Positions 8,812 to 17,370 of a stretch of 64,000 bases of DNA are shown here, piece after piece. Source of the DNA: Candidatus Gottesmanbacteria bacterium (lineage in GTDB: Bacteria > Patescibacteriota > Microgenomatia > UBA10105 > UBA927); NCBI GenBank assembly GCA_016214885.1, contig JACRMP010000037.1:7675-71674 (forward strand). Reading direction: 5' to 3'. A program made the translations under genes and the position numbers. Numbering within the stretch: the first letter of the stretch is position 1; the number at the start of each line of letters is the position of its first letter. A model generated the notes under the pieces. The model worked only from the letters and a program-made list of their open reading frames with translations. It ran no database searches and was not told the origin of the DNA.

Positions 8812-9660
8812 TTACTTTTTCTTTTTTTTTGCGGCGCGCTTTTTTATTGCTTCAATTTTTATCTGATATGCACTCTTCTGCCCTGCTTCTACCCCTCTCA
8901 ATCCCATCGCTTTTCTTGCTGCCAAAATCTCATGAAGACCGCTCTGCATTTCATTTCTTCGTCTTACCAAGTCATCCACTGGTCTCCCAGCTTTCATGGC
9001 TTCTCTAATTTGCTTAGATAATTCCTCCACTTTGGTCAGTTCAGGCCGCCCGGAAAGCAGCGTTTCAGCCCGAGGAAGATCTCTCATGGCAATAAGACGT
9101 TTTTCCTTCAAACGTATCAGCGCTTCTCCTTGGTATTTACCGCTTTTAATTGCCTGATCAAGCGCTTCCACCCGCTTCCTATATCCTGTTGCTGCTTTAA
9201 TAGATTCAGAAACAGCGTCCACATTAATTGGCCCTTTACTGCTTCCTTCCCTACGGAAGAAATTAAACTTCCCAACCATTGACCGGAGGCTATCGTGGGC
9301 GCGTTTTCCGGCATTTGCCATTTTTTCACCCATTCCGCCCATGCGACCAATCCTATCCCGCATGCCGCCGACATTGGTGATAAGTCCCCCGCCCAATCCG
9401 GCAACGGTGACACCCAAAACAGTCGCTCCCCAATGGGTGGCCACGTCAATTTTTGCAGATGAAAGTGCGTCCTGTTCAATCTGGGCAAATGCTGCCTGCT
9501 TGTCTTCCGGGGAAAGATTTGCCGTCGCCTTTGCAATAAGATCAGCGTTGTTCTGATAAAATTTCTCTTTGGATCCTTGGATGGTGAATGACTTGCGGAC
9601 TTTTTCTTTAAGCCCTGCAAACCAACCTTGTCGTTCTGGTGACATACCTGCTTCGGTCAT
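8812..9660 (-). CDS. hypothetical protein (cluster member A3)
   Basis: Start placed at MTEAGMSPE, preceded by GAAGGAGGTTGTT. The protein has a glycine-zipper segment (GVTVAGLGGGLITNVGG), a C-terminal coiled coil and a poly-Lys tail. Confidence 0.55.
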   Translation of the reverse strand: MTEAGMSPERQGWFAGLKEKVRKSFTIQGSKEKFYQNNADLIAKATANLSPEDKQAAFAQIEQDALSSAKIDVATHWGATVLGVTVAGLGGGLITNVGGMRDRIGRMGGMGEKMANAGKRAHDSLRSMVGKFNFFRREGSSKGPINVDAVSESIKAATGYRKRVEALDQAIKSGKYQGEALIRLKEKRLIAMRDLPRAETLLSGRPELTKVEELSKQIREAMKAGRPVDDLVRRRNEMQSGLHEILAARKAMGLRGVEAGQKSAYQIKIEAIKKRAAKKKKK

Positions 9661-9690
9661 AACAACCTCCTTCATGAACTAACTAAATTA

Positions 9691-10002
9691 TTATATATTC
9701 TCGTCTGTTAATGCCTTTTCTACGTTCTCGAGTACCCCGGTCATCGTTTCTTCTATTTCCTTCAGCGCTTCCCCATCCTTGATGGAATCCCCTATAAGCT
9801 TTGCATAACTTTCAACAGTCACGCGTGACTTCGGATCAGCTGCCAAGTACTCTAGGTCTTCTTGTGGCATATATTTTACCATAATCGGCCAAACAGTGCT
9901 CTGGAGGCCTTCGGAAATGAGGACATAGAGCTCATTTTTTTCGGATTCCGACAGCTGTGACTTCTCTATCCTTTCAACAATTGCCTTAAGTTTTTCTTCC
10001 AT
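9691..10002 (-). CDS. small hypothetical protein (paralog family S, copy 2)
   Basis: Start at MEEKLKAIVERIE, preceded by AAAGGAGGAAAT. About 65% identical to 10871..11200 across the motif GLQSTVWPI.VKYMP...L..LA..P......Y.KLI.DS.KDG.ALKEIE. Confidence 0.6.
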   Translation of the reverse strand: MEEKLKAIVERIEKSQLSESEKNELYVLISEGLQSTVWPIMVKYMPQEDLEYLAADPKSRVTVESYAKLIGDSIKDGEALKEIEETMTGVLENVEKALTDENI

Positions 10003-10030
10003 ATTTCCTCCTTTAATCACTATAGCACAC

Positions 10031-10834
10031 TTATTTCTTTACAAAATCCAATGGTGTGGGTTTTTTTGGCCATTTTTCATGCGGCAATGCAACCGTAAGC
10101 CGATGCCAATCATTCAGGGCTTTTTCATATGCGCGCTTCGCTTTTCCCTGCGCTCCCCGCTCTTGAAGTTTTTTTACGCCTTCACCTACTTTATTCTCAA
10201 CTGCTTCTAAATCTTTGTACATTGTATAAGGTAACTTAACTGCTTCCACCGCGGCACCCCCAACAACCTTTGCTGCATCAACCATTGCCGGTCCACCGAC
10301 AAGACCCCAAACGTATTTGCCACCCTCCCCCACCTTCCGGATCGGCCAAAACATAATTTTGGCTCCCCACTCAATGGGTGTTACAACTACTTTAACCCCA
10401 AACATCGCGACATCCATCCCGGTTTTAACGGCATTATAGGAAACATCCTTCACCGCCTGGAACACGGTCCGTGAACGGTTGTCTACCCGCATGCGCGCAG
10501 CGGCATTACGGCCATTTACTGCTATAGCACGGTCATTTAGCTTCCCATACACCGCCGCCCCTCCCACCAGGGCGCCGCCGGCAACGAGGGAATCAATGAT
10601 TACGGAGCCTACTGCCGCACTTTTAGATTGCTGCCTGAGCCGTAATTCGAGAAGTGCCATCTGGCTTTCAGTAATATCCTTGGGGAGATTTTCTGCGATA
10701 CTGTTGTATTTTTTAAGATAGATTTTATCCGCACGCCCGTTAAGCGTCAGGTTATCATGCGACCAGCTTTTAATGCGGTCGACAATTCCCTTGCCGGATA
10801 ACCCTTTCATTTCCCCATGTGGCCGTTGTTCCAT
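10031..10834 (-). CDS. hypothetical protein (cluster member A2)
   Basis: 267 aa with a glycine-zipper segment (VIIDSLVAGGALVGGAAVYG) and a C-terminal KRAYEKALNDWHRL...HEKWPKKPTPLDF motif shared with A8. Confidence 0.55.
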   Translation of the reverse strand: MEQRPHGEMKGLSGKGIVDRIKSWSHDNLTLNGRADKIYLKKYNSIAENLPKDITESQMALLELRLRQQSKSAAVGSVIIDSLVAGGALVGGAAVYGKLNDRAIAVNGRNAAARMRVDNRSRTVFQAVKDVSYNAVKTGMDVAMFGVKVVVTPIEWGAKIMFWPIRKVGEGGKYVWGLVGGPAMVDAAKVVGGAAVEAVKLPYTMYKDLEAVENKVGEGVKKLQERGAQGKAKRAYEKALNDWHRLTVALPHEKWPKKPTPLDFVKK

Positions 10835-10870
10835 AGTGTTTTATCCGCCGGACAGAAGGCGGTTCCCCTT

Positions 10871-11200
10871 TTATTCCAAAACCGGCGCCTGTGGCACCCC
10901 CTGCTCCGTTAATGTTTTATCAACGGCATCAAGGATTTGTTGCATAAGCGTCTCGATCTCTTTCAGGGCTGCCCCGTCTTTGACGGAATCTTCGATAAGT
11001 TTGCCGTAAGTTTCCAGGTTTACTTTAGAAGGATTTTCCGCCAGATCATCAAGCTGATCTTTCGGCATGTATTTAATGAGGATCGGCCATACCGTGGACT
11101 GCAACCCCTCGGCAAGCGCCGTATATACGTCCTCTTTTTCATTTTCCGCAAGCTTCGACATCTCGACCCTCGTTACCACTGCACGAAGTTTATCATCCAT
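10871..11200 (-). CDS. small hypothetical protein (paralog family S, copy 1)
   Basis: 109 aa, MDDKLRAVVTRVE, preceded by AAAGGAG. Paralog of 9691..10002. Confidence 0.6.
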   Translation of the reverse strand: MDDKLRAVVTRVEMSKLAENEKEDVYTALAEGLQSTVWPILIKYMPKDQLDDLAENPSKVNLETYGKLIEDSVKDGAALKEIETLMQQILDAVDKTLTEQGVPQAPVLE

Positions 11201-11226
11201 AAAAAACTCCTTTCACTAGAACACTA

Positions 11227-11862
11227 TTATGGCCTCGCCTTAAGCCTGGTGGGTTTTTGTTCCGCAAACGGACTTTTGATCCAGTTTACAACCCTATCGA
11301 CTTTCTTTTTGGTCATGCGTACGGCAATTTCCGGAGCGCTCATCACTGCTTCTGCCCCCGTCCGTACCGCTTTGACAAGCCCCAATTCACCGCGCATTAA
11401 TCCCGCTCCCGCCGCATGAAGTCCAAGCTTCACGTCAAATCGGGCAAGGGCAAGCCGCTTAAAGGCATCTCTTGGCGGACCAAACGGGGTTAATTTCCGG
11501 GGCAACCAGGTGAGAATGTTATAAGGAATATCCAAAGTAGCGGCTCCAAAAGAAACAACTGCCGCTTCGACACGTGCGCCGGTGCGTTGAGAAAATTCCG
11601 CTATCTTCCCTACCAGTCCAAGCTCTTTGCCTGCATACATATGATGCAGAATCTTGTCCATATTCTCAACGTAATGCTTGTACACCCCTTTTCCTGAGGC
11701 ATTCTTCCGCCCATCGATATCCTGACGGATCTCCCAATAATCTTTATTGGTTTGCTGTACTTCCCCTATTGCTCCCCGTACGGCTTTGCCGACGGCGCTT
11801 TCACTCATCGCTTCCTGGAACGTTGTTTTCTCAAATCCTTCAGCCATAATCCTCCCTTTCAA
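11227..11862 (-). CDS. hypothetical protein (cluster member A1, first gene of cluster)
   Basis: 211 aa, preceded by AAAGGGAGGAT. Glycine-zipper segment GLHAAGAGLMRGELGL. Confidence 0.55.
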   Translation of the reverse strand: MKGRIMAEGFEKTTFQEAMSESAVGKAVRGAIGEVQQTNKDYWEIRQDIDGRKNASGKGVYKHYVENMDKILHHMYAGKELGLVGKIAEFSQRTGARVEAAVVSFGAATLDIPYNILTWLPRKLTPFGPPRDAFKRLALARFDVKLGLHAAGAGLMRGELGLVKAVRTGAEAVMSAPEIAVRMTKKKVDRVVNWIKSPFAEQKPTRLKARP

Positions 11863-11884
11863 TTGAGGCAGTGTTTATATACCC

Positions 11885-11914
11885 ATACTAGGGGCGTTCT
11901 GCCTTCATTGTCAA
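11885..11914 (-). promoter_or_regulatory. candidate sigma70-like promoter for the hypothetical cluster
   Basis: On the minus strand, TTGACA-N18-TAGTAT sits ~25-50 nt upstream of the A1 start, in the 99-nt gap after gdh. Confidence 0.3.
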
Positions 11915-11961
11915 CTATATACCCGATATTATATACATAAATATCCTATAGGATCAAATAC

Positions 11962-13284
11962 TCAGCTCTTCATGGAAGCTAAAATCCTCTCCAGAGCCAC
12001 GACGAATGCCGCAGTGCGTAAATCAGTTTTATACATCACTGAGGCCTCCCAGACCGCTCCCGCCGCATCCGCCATTTTTTTGGCAAGTTTTTTATTTACC
12101 TGGGCTTTCGTCCAGTGGGCAGCTTTTCTATTCTGCTCCCATTCAAATGCCGACACCGTGACGCCACCGCTATTGCTTAAGATGTCCGGAATAACCGGGA
12201 TCCCCTTCTTATATAAAATAGTGTCCGCCTCCGGCGTGGTCGGACCGTTTGCCATCTCAAGCACCACCTTAGCCTTCACCTTCCCCGCGTTCTCGGCGGT
12301 AATGGCATTTTCGAGCGCCGCCGGCACCAGAATATCAACGGGCAGCTCAAGAAGCTCATTATTGGTCACCTGGCGTCCTTTTTTGAGATCACACACCGAG
12401 CCTGAGCAATAGCAACCCGCCAGATACCCATTCTTTTTCTTACAGTCCAGGGTGAGCGCTGGATTAATCCCTTCAGGCACATAAATGCCTCCTTTGCTGT
12501 CCGATACCGCAACCACCATTATCCCCGCTTCCTCCAGAAACTTAGCCACGTTATAGCCAACATTGCCGAATCCCTGCACTGCCGCGGTAAGCTTGCCCGA
12601 TAACTTAAGCTTTTTAATAATCGCCTGCAGCACAAACAGCCCGCCAAGTCCGGTCGCCTCTTCTCTCCCTTCGCTCCCCCCGTTGGTAATCGCTTTTCCG
12701 GTAAATGTACTTTTCAGCTTCAGGATATCTTTTTTGGTAAGTGTTTTACCCAATACTTTTGCCTTTATTTTTTGCGAAGCAATAAACTCCTCTACCATCC
12801 ATCCCATAATGACCCCGTTGGTGTTGACGTCCGGTGCCGGCACATCGGTATCAGGGCCAATTACATCTGCGATAGCTTTGCCGTATGCCCTACTTAACCG
12901 CTCAAGCTCACCCTGGGAAAGTGTTTTGGGATCGACGATAATGCCGCCTTTTCCTCCGCCGAGCGGCAAATCTGCCACTGCACATTTCATTGCCATCCAA
13001 AATGACAAAGCTTTGACCTCGTCGAGGCTCACATTATGGTGATACCGGATGCCCCCCTTATACGGACCCTTCGCGTTATTAAACTGCACACGGTAGCCCT
13101 GAAACAACCGCTGCGACCCGTCATCCATCATAACCGGAAGAGTCACATTTATAACCCGTTGCGGCTCCCGGAGTCTGGCTACCTTCTGGTCTATATTGCC
13201 CAATTTTTTCTTTGACCCGGCAAGCACCTTGTGTGCTTTGGCTAACTGCTTCATGGCTGACTCAAATGGATTGATAGCATTCAT
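11962..13284 (-). CDS. gdhA: NAD(P)-dependent glutamate dehydrogenase
   Basis: GGGKGG motif (LPLGGGKGGIIVDPK) and Rossmann GFGNVG. 440 aa. Confidence 0.85.
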   Translation of the reverse strand: MNAINPFESAMKQLAKAHKVLAGSKKKLGNIDQKVARLREPQRVINVTLPVMMDDGSQRLFQGYRVQFNNAKGPYKGGIRYHHNVSLDEVKALSFWMAMKCAVADLPLGGGKGGIIVDPKTLSQGELERLSRAYGKAIADVIGPDTDVPAPDVNTNGVIMGWMVEEFIASQKIKAKVLGKTLTKKDILKLKSTFTGKAITNGGSEGREEATGLGGLFVLQAIIKKLKLSGKLTAAVQGFGNVGYNVAKFLEEAGIMVVAVSDSKGGIYVPEGINPALTLDCKKKNGYLAGCYCSGSVCDLKKGRQVTNNELLELPVDILVPAALENAITAENAGKVKAKVVLEMANGPTTPEADTILYKKGIPVIPDILSNSGGVTVSAFEWEQNRKAAHWTKAQVNKKLAKKMADAAGAVWEASVMYKTDLRTAAFVVALERILASMKS

Positions 13285-13325
13285 ATATACCTCCTTAAAA
13301 AAAGTACTCAGTATTTATACTATGG

Positions 13326-14021
13326 TTAATAAAATAGCTCCGTTTTAATTTGCTCTTTCGGCACATGCCGCTCGATGAGACGCGCCCTCACCTCTTCCGT
13401 CATCGCCTTATTGCCACAGACGTAAAATTCTGATTGCGCCAAATCCCTTTCTAAATGAAGGACATGTTCAGTCACGTGTCCGGTAAGCCCCTGCCAGGCA
13501 GGGGTTGGCCGCGAAAGTATTTGCTTCCAGGAAAAAACCGGATGCGCCCCTGCGATCGCATCAAATTCATCCCGCCAATATATATCATGTTCATACCGCT
13601 GCCCCCAGTACAACACCATAGGCGTTTCATTCTTTTTTTCAAGCGCATCCAAAATCATTGAATGAAACGGAGCGATACCGGTGCCTGTCGCTACCATCAC
13701 TTTACGCTTCGGGGTATCAAGAAACGAAAGCACCCCTCCTGTTGGCGCGACGATGGTTGCCTGATCTCCCACCGTCAAACCGACGGTCCATTGCGACCCC
13801 GGTCCCATCGGACTCACATCATGCACCATAAGGATGTCGCTTGCCGATGGCGGACTGGCGATAGACATCGTGCGGTTCACTCCGGGAGCTATCATCAGCA
13901 TCATATTCTGGCCGGCACGGAACGAAATAATCGGCGGAGAAACCGGGCGGAACGTGACAAAAAACACTTTGTCGGTGACCTTCTCCTTTTTAAGGACTTG
14001 AAGCGTAATTTTAGCTGCCAT
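13326..14021 (-). CDS. FNR-like FAD/NAD(P)-binding oxidoreductase (ferredoxin-NADP reductase family)
   Basis: FAD-binding RAGQ..-like segment, and GTGIAPF in the NAD-binding domain. It overlaps the trxB stop by 11 nt. Confidence 0.6.
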   Translation of the reverse strand: MAAKITLQVLKKEKVTDKVFFVTFRPVSPPIISFRAGQNMMLMIAPGVNRTMSIASPPSASDILMVHDVSPMGPGSQWTVGLTVGDQATIVAPTGGVLSFLDTPKRKVMVATGTGIAPFHSMILDALEKKNETPMVLYWGQRYEHDIYWRDEFDAIAGAHPVFSWKQILSRPTPAWQGLTGHVTEHVLHLERDLAQSEFYVCGNKAMTEEVRARLIERHVPKEQIKTELFY

Positions 14022-14949
14022 GGGATTCTAAATATTTTTCTGCATCCATCGCGGCCATACACCCCTGGCCGGCAGCGACGATTGCCTGCCGGTACCGAGG
14101 GTCTACACAATCACCAGCAGCGAACAAGCCGGGGACATTCGTCGCAGTCTGCGGATCAAGCGGACTCATAGTCCGCTGTACCTTCACATATCCTTTGGGA
14201 TCCAGATCGACCAGGCCATTAAGAAACCCCGTGCTGGGTTTGTGTCCGATAGCTAAAAATACCCCCTGCGTCGGATAATCTATCACCTCATTGGTTTTGG
14301 TGTCGCGGATTCGGACACCGGTCACTTCAGTTTCTCCCAATATTTCCTCAATAATTTTATTGGTAAGAAACGAAATGCGGGGGTCTTTCCTTGCACGGTC
14401 AAGCATAATAGCCGAAGCGCGGAATTCATCACGCCGGTGGATAACCGTCACCTTCGGAGAAAATTTAGTCAAAAATGTCGCCTCTTCCATTGCGGTATCC
14501 CCGCCCCCCACCACAACAACAACTTTTCCCTTAAAAAAGAAACCGTCGCAGGTAGCGCATCCTGATACTCCCTTGCCACGAAGCTTCTCTTCGCTGGGGA
14601 GCCCTAAATACATTGCGGAAGCTCCCGTTGCGACAATCACTGTTTTTGCCTGATACGTAGTACCCGCGGTTTTTACGGTAAACACGTCCTCTTTCTCAAC
14701 GGCGGTTACAGCCTCCTGTTTGATTTCGGCGCCAAAACGCTCCACCTGACTTTTCATGTCAGTAACCAGTTTTGGTCCCAACACCCCCTCAGGGAAACCC
14801 GGAAAATTATCAACCTCAGTTGTAGTGGTGAGTTGCCCTCCCGGCTCAAACCCCGCCAACACCACGGTCTTTAAAAACGCACGGGACGTATATAGTGCCG
14901 CTGTATATCCGGCAGGACCGGAACCAATGATAATGACATCGTATATCAT
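14011..14949 (-). CDS. trxB: thioredoxin reductase
   Basis: N-terminal GSGPAGYTAA FAD motif, redox-active CATCDG, and a second GGGDTA NADPH motif. Confidence 0.85.
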   Translation of the reverse strand: MIYDVIIIGSGPAGYTAALYTSRAFLKTVVLAGFEPGGQLTTTTEVDNFPGFPEGVLGPKLVTDMKSQVERFGAEIKQEAVTAVEKEDVFTVKTAGTTYQAKTVIVATGASAMYLGLPSEEKLRGKGVSGCATCDGFFFKGKVVVVVGGGDTAMEEATFLTKFSPKVTVIHRRDEFRASAIMLDRARKDPRISFLTNKIIEEILGETEVTGVRIRDTKTNEVIDYPTQGVFLAIGHKPSTGFLNGLVDLDPKGYVKVQRTMSPLDPQTATNVPGLFAAGDCVDPRYRQAIVAAGQGCMAAMDAEKYLESHGS

Positions 14950-14969
14950 GTATGCAAATAACGAGCCGG

Positions 14970-15284
14970 TTACATGAGCTTAGTTAACTCACCCACCAAA
15001 ACATCTTTACTTGTTACGCCGATAAATTGCTTTGCAACAGCGCCGTTTTTGAAAATCATCATCGTCGGAATGCTCATAATGCCGAATTTTTGAGCGTACA
15101 CAGGATTTTCGTCGACATTCAGCTTTACCACTTTAACCTTATCACCGAGCGTTGTTGCAACGTCTTCGACAATAGGCCCCTGAATCTGGCAGGGCGTGCA
15201 CCATACCGCCCAAAAATCCACAAGTACCGGTACCGTGGATTTCATAACTTCTGCTTCAAATGTTTGATCTGTTACATCTGCCAT
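14970..15284 (-). CDS. trxA: thioredoxin
   Basis: WCTPC active site (FWAVWCTPCQ). Start at MADVTDQ with a GAGGAGG Shine-Dalgarno. The longer upstream ORF extension is rejected. Confidence 0.8.
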   Translation of the reverse strand: MADVTDQTFEAEVMKSTVPVLVDFWAVWCTPCQIQGPIVEDVATTLGDKVKVVKLNVDENPVYAQKFGIMSIPTMMIFKNGAVAKQFIGVTSKDVLVGELTKLM

Positions 15285-15410
15285 AGAGCCTCCTCGTAAA
15301 ATGAACAATATTATTTCGGATCCCCAGTATATCACCAGGTGTTTATCTGTAAACCCCGGCAAATATATAGCGTTTATACGCCCCAAACTCATTAGGGTCC
15401 GGCAAAAACA

Positions 15411-15617
15411 CTACTGCCGTAATTGGTATCCGGCCGCTTCTACCGCTTCTTTTACCGCTTTATCGGGAGCTTGTCCGTCCTCTGTATCTACTTCGAGTGT
15501 TTGTTTTGCAAAGCTGCACCTTCCCACTATCCCCCGGTCTTCCAACTCGCCTTCAATGAGCATGGCGCAACTAGCACAGTGCATCCCGTCTATCTGATAT
15601 GTTTTTTTTGTTTTCAT
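15411..15617 (-). CDS. copZ: copper chaperone, heavy-metal-associated domain
   Basis: GMHCASCA metal-binding motif. 68 aa. Confidence 0.8.
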   Translation of the reverse strand: MKTKKTYQIDGMHCASCAMLIEGELEDRGIVGRCSFAKQTLEVDTEDGQAPDKAVKEAVEAAGYQLRQ

Positions 15618-16645
15618 CGCAGGTAAAATGTACCACCGTACATCCCCATACTACAACTGAAGGCAAGCTCATCCGTATTTGTAGGAGCAGTAAAAGTAAG
15701 TGTTTTCGTTTCCCCGACACGGACAATTTCGGAAACCCCCAACGCGGGAATGGTGAACGCCTGTATGCACCCTTGTCCTGCAGTATTGGTAAGCGTAAGC
15801 GTTATTTCACTTCCTTTGGGAATTACAGGGTTTTCTATCTTGTACCCATTGAGCCAAAACGTAATGACCGGCGTAGTCGTGGGTGCCTGATCTGTAGGTA
15901 TAACTTTACAGAAGGTCACTGTGCAATATGCCGAGCGGACCAATGAGCCCATGGTGAACGGTGCACCATATAACCGGAGTGCGGCATTAAGGTTAATAAG
16001 CGCCAGAACCATTACCAACGATGCGGCCACAACCCCGAACTTTTCTTTGAGCGTAGCCTTGATAACGTCAATGGAAAGCCCCAATAGAAAAAATAGTGGC
16101 GCCGTTCCCAACACGAATACCGCCATCACCGCCATACCCCACCAGGGGCTTCCTGTTCCTGCCGCAAGTGCCATCATTGCCTGTGTAGTACCACATGGGA
16201 TGAAAATAGAAAGCAACCCGATCATAGCCGGAGCAAACACACCTCCCGCTTTTGCCTGCCCGCGGATTATCCGGGTAAGAAACCTCGGCGGCTGCACGAC
16301 AAAATACCGGAATATGGGGTGCACATTAAGAAATGATAACGCCGTCCCCATCATAAATACGGAAGCCAGTCCAATACCTATTGCCTGTGCTCGGGGGGTT
16401 AATCCGATAAGGGAACCTGCATATCCCAGAATTGCACCAAAAATCATATGCACGACCAGCTTTGCCAACAAAAACGCCCCCACTCCCATCACGCGGGAAA
16501 GCCGGGGGTGCTCTTCTTCTTCCTGGGTTAACGCAGTGGCAAGGATTCCTCCCTGTACCGCCATACAGGTAAGTCCCCCTGCAAATAATCCGGTAGTAAA
16601 TATGATCCAAAGATTTGGCATAACGCTTATGGAAATATAACACAC
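15614..16645 (-). CDS. polytopic membrane protein with C-terminal cupredoxin-like copper-binding domain
   Basis: Multiple hydrophobic helices. The C-terminal ~95 aa resemble 17017..17370, with C..MGMYGG compared to HCGMNMYHG. It sits in the copper locus. Confidence 0.55.
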   Translation of the reverse strand: MCYISISVMPNLWIIFTTGLFAGGLTCMAVQGGILATALTQEEEEHPRLSRVMGVGAFLLAKLVVHMIFGAILGYAGSLIGLTPRAQAIGIGLASVFMMGTALSFLNVHPIFRYFVVQPPRFLTRIIRGQAKAGGVFAPAMIGLLSIFIPCGTTQAMMALAAGTGSPWWGMAVMAVFVLGTAPLFFLLGLSIDVIKATLKEKFGVVAASLVMVLALINLNAALRLYGAPFTMGSLVRSAYCTVTFCKVIPTDQAPTTTPVITFWLNGYKIENPVIPKGSEITLTLTNTAGQGCIQAFTIPALGVSEIVRVGETKTLTFTAPTNTDELAFSCSMGMYGGTFYLR

Positions 16646-16739
16646 CGCTTGACAACAATGGTAAACATGATACGATCATTATATCCCCATAGGGGGGATT
16701 AAAGTCAACCCGGTATTTTCGGGAGTAAAACGGAAATAT

Positions 16740-17024
16740 ATGCCTAAAGGAACACCACGCAATCAATCCGTTCAGCTAAAAATACTTCACCGCATGAAAA
16801 TTGCGCGCGGACACCTTAACCGGGTAATCCGCATGATGGAGCAGGGTGATTATTGCGTAAATATCATCCACCAGTCGCTCGCTGTCCAGGCAGCGCTTCG
16901 GAGCACCGACCAGGAAATTCTCCGCAATCACCTAGTTACCTGTGTTGCAGAAGAAATAAAAAATGGAAATGCAAATGAAGTAATAGAGGAAGTTATGAAG
17001 GTTATGGAGAAGCAACATGGATAA
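16740..17024 (+). CDS. csoR: CsoR/RcnR-family metal-sensing transcriptional repressor
   Basis: DYCVNIIHQ...HLVTC pattern (Cys/His/Cys ligands typical of CsoR). 94 aa. Confidence 0.75.
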   Translation: MPKGTPRNQSVQLKILHRMKIARGHLNRVIRMMEQGDYCVNIIHQSLAVQAALRSTDQEILRNHLVTCVAEEIKNGNANEVIEEVMKVMEKQHG

Positions 17025-17370
17025 ACTAATCGTCACGCTGCTGGGAGCTACCGTAATAGGATTTATCTATTGGTTTTTCTTTGGAAAAAAAGATGAATTA
17101 GTGCAACCAAAAAACGTCTGGAGTGTTCTCGTGGAAGGCGGGTACAAACCGTCCACCATTACTATCCCTCGCGATAAACCGACAACGCTCACCTTTACGC
17201 GCACTGACGCCAACAGTTGTCTGGAAGAAATCGTACTGCCTGATTTTAAGATAAAGAAATTCCTACCACTAGATAAAGAGGTGGTAATAACCATACCCCC
17301 CACCAAACCAGGCATCTACACACTTCACTGCGGTATGAATATGTATCACGGAAAAATTATCGTTGTATGA
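17017..17370 (+). CDS. cupredoxin-like copper-binding protein with N-terminal membrane anchor
   Basis: N-terminal TM helix, beta-rich domain and an HCGMNMYHG motif. Lies immediately upstream of copA. Confidence 0.6.
   Translation: MDKLIVTLLGATVIGFIYWFFFGKKDELVQPKNVWSVLVEGGYKPSTITIPRDKPTTLTFTRTDANSCLEEIVLPDFKIKKFLPLDKEVVITIPPTKPGIYTLHCGMNMYHGKIIVV

Noticed and set aside
9117-9620. 167-aa minus-strand ORF nested in A3 in another frame
   Set aside because: It overlaps the longer ORF 8812..9660, which has a strong Shine-Dalgarno. Its composition (Arg/Leu/Gln-rich) is typical of an off-frame artefact.
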